Assembly (NCBI GenBank): GCA_963924565.1 | Contig: OZ004609.1 | Coordinates: forward strand, 7,936,001-8,000,000 | Source of the DNA: Ascidiella aspersa | Taxonomy: Eukaryota | Direction of reading: 5' to 3' | Length of the DNA: 64,000 nucleotides | Shown here: piece by piece, positions 34,389 to 48,576 of the stretch | How positions within the stretch are numbered: position 1 is the first letter of the stretch | Layout of the letters: each line of letters starts with the position of its first letter | Made by a program: the position numbers and the translations under genes | The notes under the pieces: model-generated | Told to the model about the DNA's origin: nothing | The model's input: the letters and a program-made list of their open reading frames with translations, nothing else | Database searches by the model: none

Positions 34389-37166
34389 TCAGGTAAGTAC
34401 TGCTGGTTTTTGATTGTTGGTTTCCCAAACTATACCGTTGCCTTGAGGAAGATGGGTGGAAGGCAGCAAAACTTTACGAAAAAATGATCTGAAAACAATA
34501 CTTGGGTGAGGTAATATAACAATACTAACTTTAATCAACATAAGCTTAATAACCATATTTTTAAACAACCACAATAAAAGTTCTAAAGCACAATGCCCCA
34601 AGATTGTTGTGAGACGTAGAACAAAAATCAAAACCCATACAAAAGTATAGGAAGCATATTTTGAACGTTTCGAATAATACTATATTCATTTTAAATCCAT
34701 TTTGCAGTTCAAAACCTGGATTCGAAAGTTAGGCATCAGATTCTACCGCAGGAAGATACGTGAAAATGATACTTTTGGCAAGTTGACGGATATTAACCTC
34801 AATCTTGCGTAGAGTGCTCCTGACTATTTCATTAAAGTGGCTTACACTAAACTTTGGAGCACAATGGCTGGAGGTTGCAGTTAAACATAGACCGAATACG
34901 AAATAACTAAAGTATTGTTCGGAAAAGTTAAAGTAGGAAGTTTAAGGGAAAAACGACACCAAGGTCAATATTGATTTCACATCTCTATCTTAGAAATGCG
35001 TATTTAGTAATCTCTTTACGTAATACAATGTGTAGCTTGACATTAATTACTTAAGTGGTAAGCCTCTAGTTTAAATTGGGATATTTTTACTATAGTGAAT
35101 TCCCTTGTTTGTTTTGTTCATTTGATACATATGCAATGTGCAATTGAATTTATCGTTAATGCAGATAATTTAAGCAACGCAAAAAAATGTTTACTTGTAA
35201 GAAGAAAACCCGAGTAGATATTTCCAGTTCTGCAACAGCCCGAGGTGGTAGGGGTTGACAAACTTTCGTCCGAGCTTTTTCAGGCGTTTTCTCTCGCGGC
35301 TGTTGATCAGCTGCTCAACGCTGGTCTCACCACAAGAAATCAGGTAGAAGTGCCAGAACGTGAGACAACCCAGAGCAACAGTCACTGCACTGCCCAAAAG
35401 CAATTTGGTTACATTAGGTACGGCTTTATAAAGTAACATCAGATTGTTGAAAAAATAAATAACGAGTTATTCGAAAAGTTTAAAATGATACCTACTTCTG
35501 TATGGGCTTTGATATTCTTATCATATCAGATCGTGAAGCAGTTTAAGGTATAGCTGCGGAGTCGGTTAGGAACAACCCGATTTAAATTCCGGCCACAAAA
35601 TGAACCAAAGTATGGATTCGGCCAAAAAAATGAATCAAGTCCGACTCCCGAGTTCAGAGTACGACTCCGGGCAAATATGCGATTTTGTCGAGTCCCGAGC
35701 CCGGCTCCCATTAAACAGCATGTAATACTTCACCCATTTAGGTCACAAAAATGAGGTGTATATTAATAAATACACACCACCCATATGGGTGTTCGTCTAT
35801 TTCACAAATACATTGTTGCAAAATTTTCGAGTATTATTCCACCTTAACAATTCGCATAGTTTGTGGCCTTTTTCGTTTCGACATTCGGTACTGCGCACGT
35901 CGGACTCGGGACTCCGATAGTCCTAATTACTCCCGTCTGACTCCAGCAAAACAAATCAACTTTGTCGAGTCCCAAGTCCGACTCTGACTTCGCACCCGGG
36001 TAAGTGTCCATATGCATCCTGGGAAAATATTTATCCGAAAATTCGAAATCGACTTTGAAGTTAGCTGATTCTTATTAGTTATTTTTGTGGTTTAAGTGAC
36101 CTTTGCTTAACCTAATTGATTTCCCATCGAAAACGAAACTACGGTATGCCATTGGACAGCCATACTTTTCCAAAACAGTGTGCATTTGTCAGAATAACAA
36201 ACAGGTAATATACATGGCTTCGTTGCAGCAGCTAAAAAACTACATATAGAGCAAATAAATGTGTTATTAGACTACATAAAGCTCCCTAGTAGGAACTTAA
36301 GGTGGTTTGCTGCTTTGCTTGCATCATAGATCAACAGATTTGGTGAGTCTGCGATGGCTTTCGGTGTTCTAATTATACGTAAGCCGTAGTCGTTGGTCAT
36401 AAAGCAGCTTCGAAGGGCTAGATCTCAGCTATTAACACTCATTTGTGCGAATGTTTCATGGGCATATACATTTATATTTTTTGCGGCCATTTTGTGACTG
36501 CATATTTAGCGTTTATGTTTATGATAAAAGGTGGGGTATAAGCAATCTGCTTCACTTACCTGCATAAAATCCAGAGAAAAACTGTTCCGCTGTTAAAAAA
36601 ACGATCTCTATTGGCACACAGCCCGGCATTTTGTTGAGTACGAAACAAAGCTACAAATAATAAAGGAATTAGCTTCGTTTGACGCCTAACAAGATTTTTC
36701 ACTTTACAGTCTTTTCTCAAAGTAAAGATCATAAAAACTGGTACTTGAAGAAACCGAACTTGTAAACTATGTTATCCAATTTAAATTTAAATAGGGTTAA
36801 AGTTTGCTTACCTTGATATTATTGCCTCTTATGTCATTAATTTAGAAAGATAAGCAAAAAAAAGGTCTTATAAATCTTGTTTATAGCCTCAATTAAACTA
36901 ATCTACGAGTACATACTTCAGATGATTAGGTCAATCGTAAAAAAACGTCTACAGTGTTCCAGTTAAATTACCTTGGTTTGTTGTGTTGTAACCAAGCATT
37001 GAATAAATAGAGTCTTTAGCATAGGCCGCTTTATCATAAAAGCGAAAACAATCGCAAAAAATGGGCCACGACGAAAGTGAAACGTAAAACGTTCCGAGCA
37101 ACATAAAAGTACAAAAGCAAATGAAGTAGCGGTGATTGTAATGGCCGACACATCCGTTCAGCCAAG
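34389..37166 (-). pseudogene. ZDHHC16: Partial duplicate of ZDHHC16 (exons 4-7 only; frames and splice sites intact)
   Basis: Exons 37166-36972, 36650-36560, 35389-35195, 34488-34389; no copy of exons 1-3 or the DHHC motif. Confidence 0.8.
35552..35999. mobile_element. Degenerate MITE with GGAGTCGG/CCGACTCC subterminal repeats (truncated copy at ~41875-42229)
   Basis: TGCGGAGTCGG at left, CCGACTCTGACTTCGCA at right, several internal GACTCC/GAGTC motifs. Confidence 0.55.
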
Positions 37167-37276
37167 CTGTAACAACAAATATAATAAAACATGGTAAAAT
37201 TTATACTTTTCATTTAACTTGGGTGTCATGCTGAAAAGACACATAAAGAAATACTGTTCTGTTTATAAAAGATAAG

Positions 37277-37440
37277 CAATGAAACGCAAAATTAATGGAA
37301 GTGGTCTATGAAAATAGGAAATAATGCGGTTCAAGATGTTCTTTAATGCCAGCCTTTTAATAAAACGCAAAATTAATGGAAGTGGTCTATGAAAACAGGA
37401 AATAATGCGGTTCAAGATGTTCTTTGATGCCGGCCTTTTA
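37277..37440. repeat. 78-bp tandem repeat, 2 copies (also ~44288-44451)
   Basis: AAACGCAAAATTAATGGAAGTGGTCTATGAAAA.AGGAAATAATGCGGTTCAAGATGTTCTTT.ATGCC.GCCTTTTAAT occurs twice. Confidence 0.9.
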
Positions 37441-38124
37441 ATGTCGCGAGAAGTGAACATCGGCTGATAAACCACAGCAATAAGCCGAAAAAAGAGGCAT
37501 TTTTTATGTTTATAAGCATATGCCTTTTTTCCATTTTAGCTTATCGAGCCTCTTCTCGCTTTAATTTGCTAGCTTCATGAAAATTTGTTTACCCCTGGAT
37601 AGACCATGATTATGATAAATGAATGCGACAATTCACATGTAACCGGGAAAGTATTGTAACGGATTGCATAACATCTTTTCTATGTATTAAGTTTGGCCGC
37701 GTGAACTTCAGAATATTGATTGGGAACCATAATAAACAAGCTTAATCAGCAGATTTTATGATAATATTTGTGATGTAACAGGCAAAAAAAATGCTTATAG
37801 CGTGTTGTAGTTTAATTAGTGACACGATTAAGGTTTCATAAACGCCCCTAATGTGGGTTTGGCGCTCTCTATTATTAGAAACTACACAAGATTAATCGTA
37901 TTACTTGTTCTCACGCTTGGATCAGATGCTTCTAAGAATGACACAAGCTAAAACAGCTTTAAGTCTCGTTATTTAAAAGAAAATACAAATACTTTGGGCA
38001 TTGGATCTTAAACGCACCCCTTGGCCCATATCATAATAGAAAATAAGTATTAAACTGAGTTCAGGATAAGTTATTCTATTTTTGGTATGATGGTATGGGC
38101 ATGCTTTTTCGCTGACCCACTTTT

Positions 38125-38638
38125 TTGTCGTGCAGGCGCCTCCCCGACACCACCAAGTGGCGGTTTTGGTAAAAAGTGCGGATAAACATGGCGGCAACAA
38201 ACGCCAGCGAGAGATCTGGAATAAAGAGGTCGAAATTTAACAGGGTAAACACAGTTGTTTCGTGATCATTGCTCAGCCTGAACTATTAACAATAGAAAGA
38301 TATGCTCGATTGGCCTTTTAGAGGTTGTAGGCCTACAAAAAATATGCTTCAGACAAAATAAAATATTTGTAAGACAGACTTTTTAATTTAAAAAGTATAG
38401 TACTGCAAAAAATTAAAAATTTGTGTATTTTAGGGTAAAGAGAACCTGGAAACGTATCAATTGCACAACTGAGCATGTAGAAGCAGAGTTTTCTTACAAA
38501 GAAGTATAAGAATGTAGTAGTCTTCGTCAAATAGTGGTTTTGGGTGTGGCCTTGTATATGGAAGGGTGGCATTTTCGCTGGAAGTTGTTGGATGAAGATG
38601 TAGCTTTGTTAGCGTGAAATACCACAGAGACCTCTGCC
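38125..38638 (-). pseudogene. Duplicated ABCC4-like pseudo-exons carried in the right copy of the 6-kb duplication
   Basis: ...KPLFDEDYYILILL / YLSLAFVAAMFIRTFYQNRHLVVSGRRLHDK, truncated at the duplication junction. Confidence 0.7.
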
Positions 38639-40698
38639 CTGAAAAGTTCCTGAACAACATTAGGTCAGGTTATGAACACTTATAAGTGTTAGGTCGAATA
38701 TTTCAACGTTACAGAAAGAAGTTTGCCATTTGATATAATATCATAAGGTTTTTGGTTTGTGTTTTATATGAACCAACCAAAATCCTCAAATATCCTCTTA
38801 TCGCATATTTAATTATAAGCCGATCATCCATATACAGAACTTTTATTATTTAGTAAAGATTTTTTTTGTAAATAACAAAATCCTACCCTATTTATCGATT
38901 TTCCATATTTAGCCTATAGGCTACGTTTAATTTTTTCTTTTTTCTAACAGTTTTCAAAAAAAATAGAAAGTTAGTTGCGATGGCTTTCGGTGTAGCAAGC
39001 TGTAATAGTTGGCGTAAGAGCAGCTTCAGAATATCTAAATCACAGTGTGTTTTGCGTATCTTTTACAGAAAAGTGTTGTTAAAGTTTAATAAATTTGAAT
39101 AGAAGTTCTGGAACCATGTCCATTTTGTTACTGCCGGAATAAAATTGTAAGCAATATGGGAGCACAATGCAAATTCCCAAAAGACTATACACATAAAAAG
39201 TAAAAAAATAATTTATTTGCGATACAATTATCACGAAATATGTAAATGGTTATTACATGACAACTTACGGCATAATCGATTTTTCACTCTATACAACAGG
39301 CATACAAATCCCTCTAATTGAAAAGCGCCTTCTTATTTAAAATAGATATTAGGCTTTGTGATTGTAGCATTTAACATGAAAATTACTCCATTTTGCCTAA
39401 TTTGACGTCACTATACAGGTGACCGTTATCCACGGACGCGTTACCAAGCGCCGAACTGTTTTTTCCGCGTTTCGCAATTCATTCTATTTTATGCATTCGA
39501 CTTGATATGTCTTACTGATTGCGGCTTGAATCACCGCTTCATTATATCGTGTGTTTCTGAGATTTGTGAATATACTGAACAGGCAATAACTACCGTGTAA
39601 AGTGATTTTTTCTAGAGTTCAAGAAGCGAAGGATTAAGGACAGGTATTCTAGCAGCCTGCTTCTTTGAGATCAGATTCAAGGACGTGTAAGAGACACAGG
39701 CAGCTGTCGGCTCTCGTATTAAGAGCCAGCGCCTTCTTAACCGTAACTACAGCTCTCTCTTCGCTAGAGTGATAAAGGATACCAGTAGGCCAACAACAAA
39801 ATTCACAACAAACATAAAACAAGTGGCAAGAAAGTCTATTTTTGTTAAGTTTTATTTTCAGTCCGTTTTGAGAGAATCATCCAATTGAACATCTTCGGCT
39901 AAATTGTTTTCCTAACTATTAAATGCATTTTTCCGCTGCGCGCAATGTGTCCCTTATTTTTAATATTAAAAAAGCCCAACATGGAAAGAATAATCACAGC
40001 ACTTCATACCGCCCATCCTAGTCCTAGGCTACTGAATTTTAATATGAAGACTAGCACTTTCGCCCTGGAAGTTAATGCTATTTCTCAGTCCCTGCCTAAT
40101 TTAGCAATATTCATATTCAGCAGACTAATTTAAATCATGCACATTGCTTGGCAAATGTGGTCTGTTAGTAATTTTTATATTTACAGGTTATTCATTGCAG
40201 TCCCAACCAACAGCTTTGCGTACCAAGGCCAGCATAATTTAAAATGGCGTGTAGTTTTTGTTGGCTTGTAAATTAAAAGGCCAATCCAAGTGTTTTAATA
40301 AGTAAGAATCGACTATTTTTGAGCCCGAAAGCCCATATTTTGCTCATGTTGTGCTACTACTTACAAGTTTGTGCCTTGACCTGGCCTTTCCAGAACTAAA
40401 AGCATTAAAAAAACTCTGAAAAAAATCTGTGTTGTTTGTTTGTATAATCAAGTATTGCAAATTTAATTAGTAATCTGAAAAGCGACACATATGCAATAGA
40501 ACCGAGCGACTTGGTTCTATTTGGACAACATCGTAACATGGATAATACTAGCCAATGAAACACTATTTCTTTAGGCAAAAACAATTACGAAAATCTTTAG
40601 GCTGTAAACACAGTCAAAAATGCAAAAAAAATACAGATTTCAAAATACAGAACAACGTGAATAAAAATAGATAAAATAAAACTCTAGAAACGAATGTG

Positions 40699-43600
40699 TC
40701 AGGTAAGTACTGCTGGTTTTTGATTGTTGGTTTCCCAAACTATACCGTTGCCTGGAGGAAGATGGGTGGAAGGCAGCAAAACTTTACGAAAAAATGATCT
40801 GAAAACAATACTTAGGTGAGGTAATATAACAATACTAACTGTAATCAACATAAGCTTAATAACCATATTTTTAAACAACCACAATAAAAGTTCTAAAGCA
40901 CAATGCCCCAAGATTGTTGTTAGACGTAGAACAAAATTCAAAACCCATACAAAAGTATAGGAAGCATATTTTGAACGTTTCGAATAATACTATATTCATT
41001 TTAAATCCATTTTGCAGTTCAAAACCTGGATTCGAAAGTTAGGCACCAGATTCTACCACAGGAAGATACGTGAAAATGATACTTTTGGTAAGTTTACGGA
41101 TATTAACCTCAATCTTGCGTAGAGTGCTCCTGACTATTTCATTAAAGTGGCTTACACTAAACTTTGGAGCACAATGGCTGGAGGTTGCAGTTAAACATAG
41201 ACCGAATACGAAATAACTAAAGTATTGTTCGGAAAAGTTAAAGTAGGAAGTTTATGGGAAAAACGACACCAAGGTCAATATTGATTTCACATCTCTATCT
41301 TAGAAATGCATATTTAGTAATCTCTTTACGTAATACAAATTGTAGCATGACATTAATTACTTAAGTGTTAAGCCTCTAGTTTAAATTGGGATATTTTTAC
41401 TATAGTGAATTCCCTTGTTTGTTTTGTTCATTTGATACATATGCAATATGCAATTCTGCATGCGGCGAATTTATCGTTAATGCAGATAATTTAAGCAACG
41501 CAAAAAAAATGTTTACTTGTAAGAAGAAAACCCGAGTAGATATTTCCAGTTCTGCAACAGCCCGAGGTGGTAGGGGTTGACAAACTTTCGTCCGAGCTTT
41601 TTTAGTCGTTTTCTCTCGCGGCTGTTGATCAGCTGCTCAACGCTGGTCTCACCACAAGAAATCAGGTAGAAGTGCCAGAACGTGAGACAACCCAGAGCAA
41701 CAGTCACTGCACTGCCCAAAAGCAATTTGGTTACATTATAGGTACGGCTTTATAAAGTAATATCAGATTGTTGAAAAAATAAATAACGAGTTATTCGAAA
41801 CGTTCAAAATGATACCTACTTCTGTATGGGCTTTGATATTCTTATAATATCAGATCGTGAAGCAGTTTAAGGTATAGCTGCGGAGTCGGTTAGGAACAAC
41901 CCGATTTAAATTCCGGCCACAAAATGAACCAAAGTATGGATTCGGCCAAAAAAATGAATCAAGTTCGACTCCCGAGTTCAGAGTACGACTCCGGGCAAAT
42001 ATGCGATTTTGTCGAGTCCCGAGCCCGGCTCCAAATAAACAGCATGTAATACTTCACCCATTTACGTCACAAAAATGAGGTGTATATTAGGAAATACACC
42101 CATATGGGTGTTCGTCCATTTCACAAATAAATTGTTGTAAAATTGTCGAGTATTATTCCACCTTAACAATTCACATAGTTTGTGGCCTTTTTCGTTTCGA
42201 CATTCGGTACTGCGCACGTCGGACTCGGGTTAGCTGATTCTTAGTAGTTATTTTTGTGGTTTAAGTGACCTTTGCTTAACCTAATTGATAGCCCATCGAA
42301 AACGAAACTACGGTATGCCATTGGACAGCCATACTTTTCCAAAACAGTGTGCATTTGTCAGAATAACAAACAAGTAATATACATGGCTTCGTTGCAGCAG
42401 CTAAAAAAATACATATAGAGCAAATAAATGTGTTATTAGACTACATAAAGCTCCCCTAGTAGGAACTTAGGGTGATTTGCCCCCCTTCAAAATGCGACCA
42501 ATCGTCATAGAAAATCCCTATTTTTCTGTTGAGCGTACGATTTGAGGCTCTATTTCCACATAAATTCAGGCAGTTAGTTAAATATTGCCCTGAATTAAAA
42601 AAACTTAAAAAATTCATTGTCCTGAATTTAAAAATAACTCATTCACTCGACCTATTGTTATCTTTGTGACATCATTTCTTTTTACAATATGTTAGATTCC
42701 TCGCCACCCAACGTGTGGCACGGATGCCGGGAAGGTTGTTCAAACGTATAGCAAGCGCCTTGCTTGCGTATTATCCTATGTTACGTTTATTGTTTTGTTT
42801 GCGAGCAGTGATTTTGCCTGGTTTAGGACAGTGCTCCCACTGCTCTGCAACCGGTGTGCCGTGTTACTTGTGCTTCAATTTTTATTTTTTAATCAGTCGA
42901 ATTAACGCGAGAAATGTACAATTTTTAGGACTTTGACTGGCTTCAAAGTTTTCAGAAAATCTGAAAAAACCGCAAAATCAGAAGATAAAGGAATGTAATA
43001 CGTAAAATTTTCGGCGCCTTCGGCGCATTACATTATGGACAATAATTCACACAAAAGTATGAGATTTAAAAGCTCATTACTTTATTACCGAAAAAAAAAC
43101 AACCAGTGATACCAAAGGAATAACAAGTCATGTCTGTGTTGTGTCAGATATTTTGTAAATATAAGTACTTCATTATTTTGACGAACTTCTATCAAAAAGT
43201 TCATGATCGGCGCATTACATTATGGACTGTTCCTTTTCTAATGGCTGCCCTTGATATATGCTTCCCCACTTCATTTATTGAGCTACTCGCATGGGGCTCG
43301 CCATTTAAGTATTGGGGACGTAACACATTTGACATAATGTACAAGCTTTAATAATTTATTGTGTTGTTGAAACTTGGTGTTTTTCATTAAAAGTTAATAA
43401 TGGGCCAACGCCATTTTTTTACTAATTTAGTGGGCCATGAGCAAAAAAAGGTTGAAAACCCATGCACTAATGGGCATACAAATTGAATTTTTTAGCGGCC
43501 ATTTTGTGATTGCATATTTAGCGTTTATGTTTATGATAAAAGGTGGGGTATAAGCGATCTGCTTCACTTACCTGCATAAAATCCAGAGAAACACTGTTCC

Positions 43601-46600
43601 GCTGTTAAAAAAACGATCTCTATTGGCACACAGCCCGGCATTTTGTGGAGTACGAAACAAAGCTACAAATAATATAGGAATTAGCTTCGTTTGACGCCTA
43701 ACAAGATTTTTCACTTTACAGTCTTTTCTCAAAGTAAAGATCATAAAAACTGGTACTTGAAGAAACCCAACTTGTAAACTATGTTATCCAATTTACCTTT
43801 AAATAGGGTTAAAGTTTGCTTACCCTGATATTATTGCCACTTATGTCATTAATTCAGAAAGATAAGCAAAAAAATTGTCTTATAAATCTTGTTTATAGCC
43901 TCAATTAAACTAATCTACGAGTACATACTTCAGATGATTAGGTCAATCGTAAAAAAACGTCTACAGTGTTCCAGTTAAATTACCTTGGTTTGTTGTGTTG
44001 TAACCAAGCATCGAATAAATAGAGTCTTTAGCATAGACCGCTTTATCATAAAAGCGAAAACAATCGCAAAAAATGGGCCACGACGAAAGTGAAACGTAAA
44101 ACGTTCCGAGCAACATAAAAGTACAAAAGCAAATGAAGTAGCGGTGATTGTAATGGCCGACACATCCGTTCAGCCAAGCTGTAACAACAAATATAATAAA
44201 ACATGGTAAAATTTATACTTTTCATTTAACTTGGGTGTCATGCTGAAAGACACATAAAGAAATACTGTTCTGTTTATAAAAGATAAGCAATGAAACGCAA
44301 AATTAATGGAAGTGGTCTATGAAAACAGGAAATAATGCGGTTCAAGACGTTCTTTAATGCCAGCCTTTTAATAAAACGCAAAATTAATGGAGGTGGTCTA
44401 TGAAAACAGGAAATAATGCGGTTCAAGATGTTCTTTGATGCCGGCCTTTTAATGTCGCGAGAAGTGAACATCGGCTGATAAACCAAAGCAATAAGCCGAA
44501 AAAAAGAGGCATTTTTTATGTTTATAAGCATATGCCTTTTTTCCATTTTAGCTTATCTAGCCTCTTCTCGCTTTAATGTGCTAGCCTCATGAAAATTTGT
44601 TTACCCCGTGGATAGACCATGATTATGGTAAATGAATGCGACAATTCACATGTAACCGGGAAAGTATTGTAACGGATTGTATAACATCTTCATTATAGAG
44701 AAAAATAATGCGAAAAGATGTTTTTTAATGACATAAGAGCTTTATTTAAGCCTAAACCAGGGATGTCCAACCTGAGGCCACATTGCGGCCCGCCGGAAAG
44801 TTTTGTGCGGCCCGCTAGTCATTTTCACTCCCAAGTAGTAATAAGTAGTAATAATACTCTAAAGGCCAATACTAGGCCTATACCCGTTGTGACTCTGCGG
44901 CCCACTATAATAAAATGTTGGACATCCCTGGCCTAAACGTTGCACTACGTGGCGCTACACGAGACTAATTTTTTCTGTTTCGAAGCATAGAAGTTTTTTT
45001 CTGTTGTGGCGTGTCGCGCAGCTTCTTGCTTAAGACGGAGCACTGTACGAGACGTTGCTCTGTCTCTCTCCTGCTGCATATGAACGTATGAATATTTTTA
45101 TAGAGTCTTGTTTTTGATTAACACTTTTAATCAGACGCTAAACAAAAGAAGGGGGACGATAACCCTTACTTTAAGAACCACTGTGTAAGTAAGTATTTTA
45201 ATGAAATAATTTGCCGTCGGTCATTAAATTTAATCCTAATTTGTTACGGATTGACAAATTCAGAGCTTGAAAACGAACTTTTATTAAAAATTAAGAGCTT
45301 GACAACGAATTTCCAATGAACATTTACAGCTTGACAACCGATTTTCACTGAAAATGAAAAGCTTAACAACGAATTTTTAGGGCGTTTGTGTGTCGATCAG
45401 CCCTCACGGGGAAGCAAATGACACTCACAGTGGCAAACGGGCGAGGAAAAAATCACAATGCTGAACAGGTCATTGGTGTAGCCCGCCCTAATTAATCCAA
45501 TGTCACAGCTAATAAACCCAGTCAAACTTACGACAATGATGATCCATCTTTAATCTGCAACGCTTGCAAACTGAGCAGTGATGGGCGCGAGGCGGTTTGG
45601 GGCAAATACATTTCTTGCAAATTGAAGTTACTGGCATGTTACTAGACGCCTAGAGCAATAAAAATTTCACATTAAACAAATCAAAATAAAACAATAAACG
45701 ATAAACTTAAAAAATTAATTAGACTTAAATTGTTGATTTCCAAAAAAGATGGATTCATATTATGTATATATATCATAGGAAACTACAAATTTTGCCCTTT
45801 AGAGGTATAACAATATATCTTTAACATTTTTATAATTGGCACAAATTAAAAAATTAAATTCCTTCATTGTGATGAAATATAATTTTAATGTTAGGACAAA
45901 CATTAAACAAATAAAAAATAAAATAAACGGAAAGTTTGAAAAGTTTTTCAAACTTGCAATTAGTTTTAAATGCACTGGAAACACACAAACTATTTACAGT
46001 TATATATTCTAGTATGCTGTAATTATGAGTCAATAAAAAGTACTACTTCAGTAAGGCTAGATTACAGAATACAACACAAATGTTGATTACTTAACAAATA
46101 AATAACCTATTTGTATACAAATAGACATGCATTGTTGTCTTGTACAAAAGTGTGCTGGTATATTTTGATTTGTTGACTGCACTGCAAGCTCAAAACATTT
46201 GAGAACTACTGGCTTAGGGGGTTCGTTTAAAATGTTAAACCCCTAACATAAAGTTGAATATCTGAACAGAAAACAGTAGGCAATGGTACAATGGTCATTG
46301 GTCATTTTTGGACTGACTCCCACAGAACCTGCATAGCTCAGTCAGTAAAGCAGCCACCCCAGTATGGCAAAGGTTGTGAGTTGAACCTTTAAGGCAGACT
46401 AAATTTTCTTAACCTTCCATTGCACTACTAGGGCAACTGATTTTCGGTTAGCCTTTTCGAAGACACCCCATATATCGATTAAAGAGTTTACCAGCATATT
46501 GTTTTAAAGAAACAAATATATTTTTGTGGGTTCCATTATACATATCTTAAACAACACTAAAAATGCAAACAAAATGTTTTATGTCAATATTTTTAACCAG

Positions 46601-47791
46601 GAATATTTTTTAACCTTGTGTAAAACAAAAAAACACAGATTACTTAAACACCTAGTATATATACTAAAATATGATTATTAAAACATAACACTGCAGTAGT
46701 TTTTATTACAAAAAAAGGAATACTTACACTCGGGGGCACCCCAGGCTCCGTTCGCACAGCTTTGTAATAATTAAACATGATCATAACAAGCAGGTAATGC
46801 CCATATAGCAGGTGAATGTAAGCATACGGTGCAGAGTGAGTTGTAATTATGTAGGGCATCACATTCATGTAGAACAACGTGACCACAGATGTTACAAGAC
46901 ATATCACTGCCGTCACAAAAGCCTGCACGAAAATGAAAACAAAACATAAATAAGAAATCACAAAATTTCTAAGAATTCCATTTCATACAAATCTTGTTTA
47001 TAGCTATGTTTTAATACAGCGTTTATGCCATAAAAACAGTTGAACATTTAAAGTAAGCACAATGTGTGATAATCTCTTTTAAAATATTTCTGAAAATGTT
47101 GTGATTATATTTCTTTCATGCCCCATATAGTAGTTTAATAACTTTTTCCAACCCTTATTTTATGGTACCATACAGAAATGAAAAGTAAATTGTTCTGCAT
47201 CAAAATCTTCTCAGGGTTTATTATAGCAATAAAGGACAACCTAGAATTGTAAATAGTTCATCAATTGTTATCTAGTGGCAAGTCTACAAACAGCATGCTA
47301 AGTTGGAATTTACTGCTTTACAACAACGTGACAAACTGAATGTGTAAAACAGGAAGATATCTCCTCGCCCTTATAGGAAAGAAAACTATGGCTTTAAATA
47401 TGGAAAATCTAATTTAGACTTTCTTGCCTTAATCAAAGTCGTTCATTCATAAGTTCTAGTCTTTAAGAGATCTCTGTTAAAGACAAGAAGTTATGTATGA
47501 CTGACTTTGAATAAGACAAGAAAGTCTTAAGTATATTGGCTTTATAAAAAGTGTGTGATTTCGAAAAATATGCAAATGTTCATTGATTAGCTCTATAGCA
47601 ATTTACAGCATACTCACCACTCCAAACCATCTTATTGCAAAATCAACAGAATAAAACAGAGGCTCAAACATTGACTCCGTGGTGGAGTCGAAAGTGTTAT
47701 GGGTCAGCGATTTGTAGCAGAGTCTCCAATGCGCGAAATAAGTTCGGACCGGTGGAAGAAATGAAAGAACATGACAATGAATCTTTCGCAT
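40699..47791 (-). CDS. ZDHHC16: Palmitoyltransferase ZDHHC16, 7 coding exons, ~355 aa
   Basis: Exons 47791-47618 ([17 protein letters not shown]), 46922-46728, 45649-45532 ([29 protein letters not shown]), 44178-43984 ([15 protein letters not shown]), 43662-43572, 41711-41517 (GETSVE..NPYHLG..NW), 40798-40699; phases consistent. Confidence 0.93.
44758..44930 (+). mobile_element. Short hAT MITE (173 bp)
   Basis: TIRs CAGGGATGTCCAAC / GTTGGACATCCCTG; perfect 8-bp TSD GCCTAAAC. Confidence 0.93.
46327..46399 (+). mobile_element. Degenerate tRNA-derived SINE head or pseudo-tRNA
   Basis: A-box-like TAGCTCAGTCAGTAAAGC and B-box-like GAGTTGAACC at tRNA spacing; cloverleaf imperfect. Confidence 0.4.
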
Positions 47792-48576
47792 TATTATTTC
47801 ATACTAACAAAATTGTTGATCCTTAAAAAAAGATTTATAGGATGTTTTAGGAAACTGCAAATATATAGGCTACAATTTTGCATGTTAGAGTGTATAACAA
47901 TATATATATGCATTTAAACCTTTAATTGGCTCAAAGCAAGACTGATATTAGAAATTTCATTTCTTTCACTTTTGTAAAATTTAATTTGGAATGTTAAACT
48001 ACTAAATTTGTAAGTAAAAATATTGAATTTGCCACTAAATTACATTATATTCGCTAATAACCTTAAAATCAGAGAAAATAAAAAGATACTTTAAAAAACT
48101 TTAATAAAAGAAATATCTGTGTTGTATCTGCTTTTTAACTATTTTCACATTTTTTTTATTTACAAAAGGTGGTATTTATTAAGAAAATAAAGAAACATAG
48201 CACCCAACTTTTTTTGGAAAGAACATGGAAAAATTATTCGTCTAAAAAAACACCAAAAAGTTATTGCACATTAGTAACACTGATGAACTCAACTTTAAAT
48301 AAACAAAAAAAGTCTGCGGCCTTATAACCATTCACTTTGGAAATTATAAAATGGTGGCTTTAAATTCAAACAGTGGGTAGAAAAGAAATCTATCAAACCG
48401 CATAAAAGCAGGGAAGCATAGCTTGGTGTTCCTGGAAGTAAAGAATGCATTTCCTCCGTAATAACTAGGCAAGTCAAACAGTGACAATATTGAAAGCAAT
48501 TAGAAGCTTTAGAAAGCAATATAAGTTAACATAATTCCCACAAAACAATGAACGACCAGGATATATTACTTTTTAT

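Larger units (their letters stand above)
31820..44690. repeat. Tandem duplication of ~6 kb (31820-37677 and 38125-44690) with ~450-bp unique junction
   Basis: Colinear near-identical copies; ORF pairs 33635/39945, 34389/40699, 35191/41513 and 36963/43975; the right copy lacks 35911-36060 and carries ~42470-43470 in place of ~36300-36458. Confidence 0.95.

Noticed and set aside
37277-37440. Short tandem repeats (also 3053-3102, 8676-8727, 15727-15776, 30766-30915, 60418-60490) considered as CRISPR-like arrays
   Set aside because: Only 2-3 adjacent copies without unique spacers in a eukaryotic context; ordinary slippage duplications.
46327-46399. Functional tRNA gene
   Set aside because: D-loop GG and T-loop TTCG are mutated and the acceptor stem is incomplete; kept only as a SINE-like remnant.
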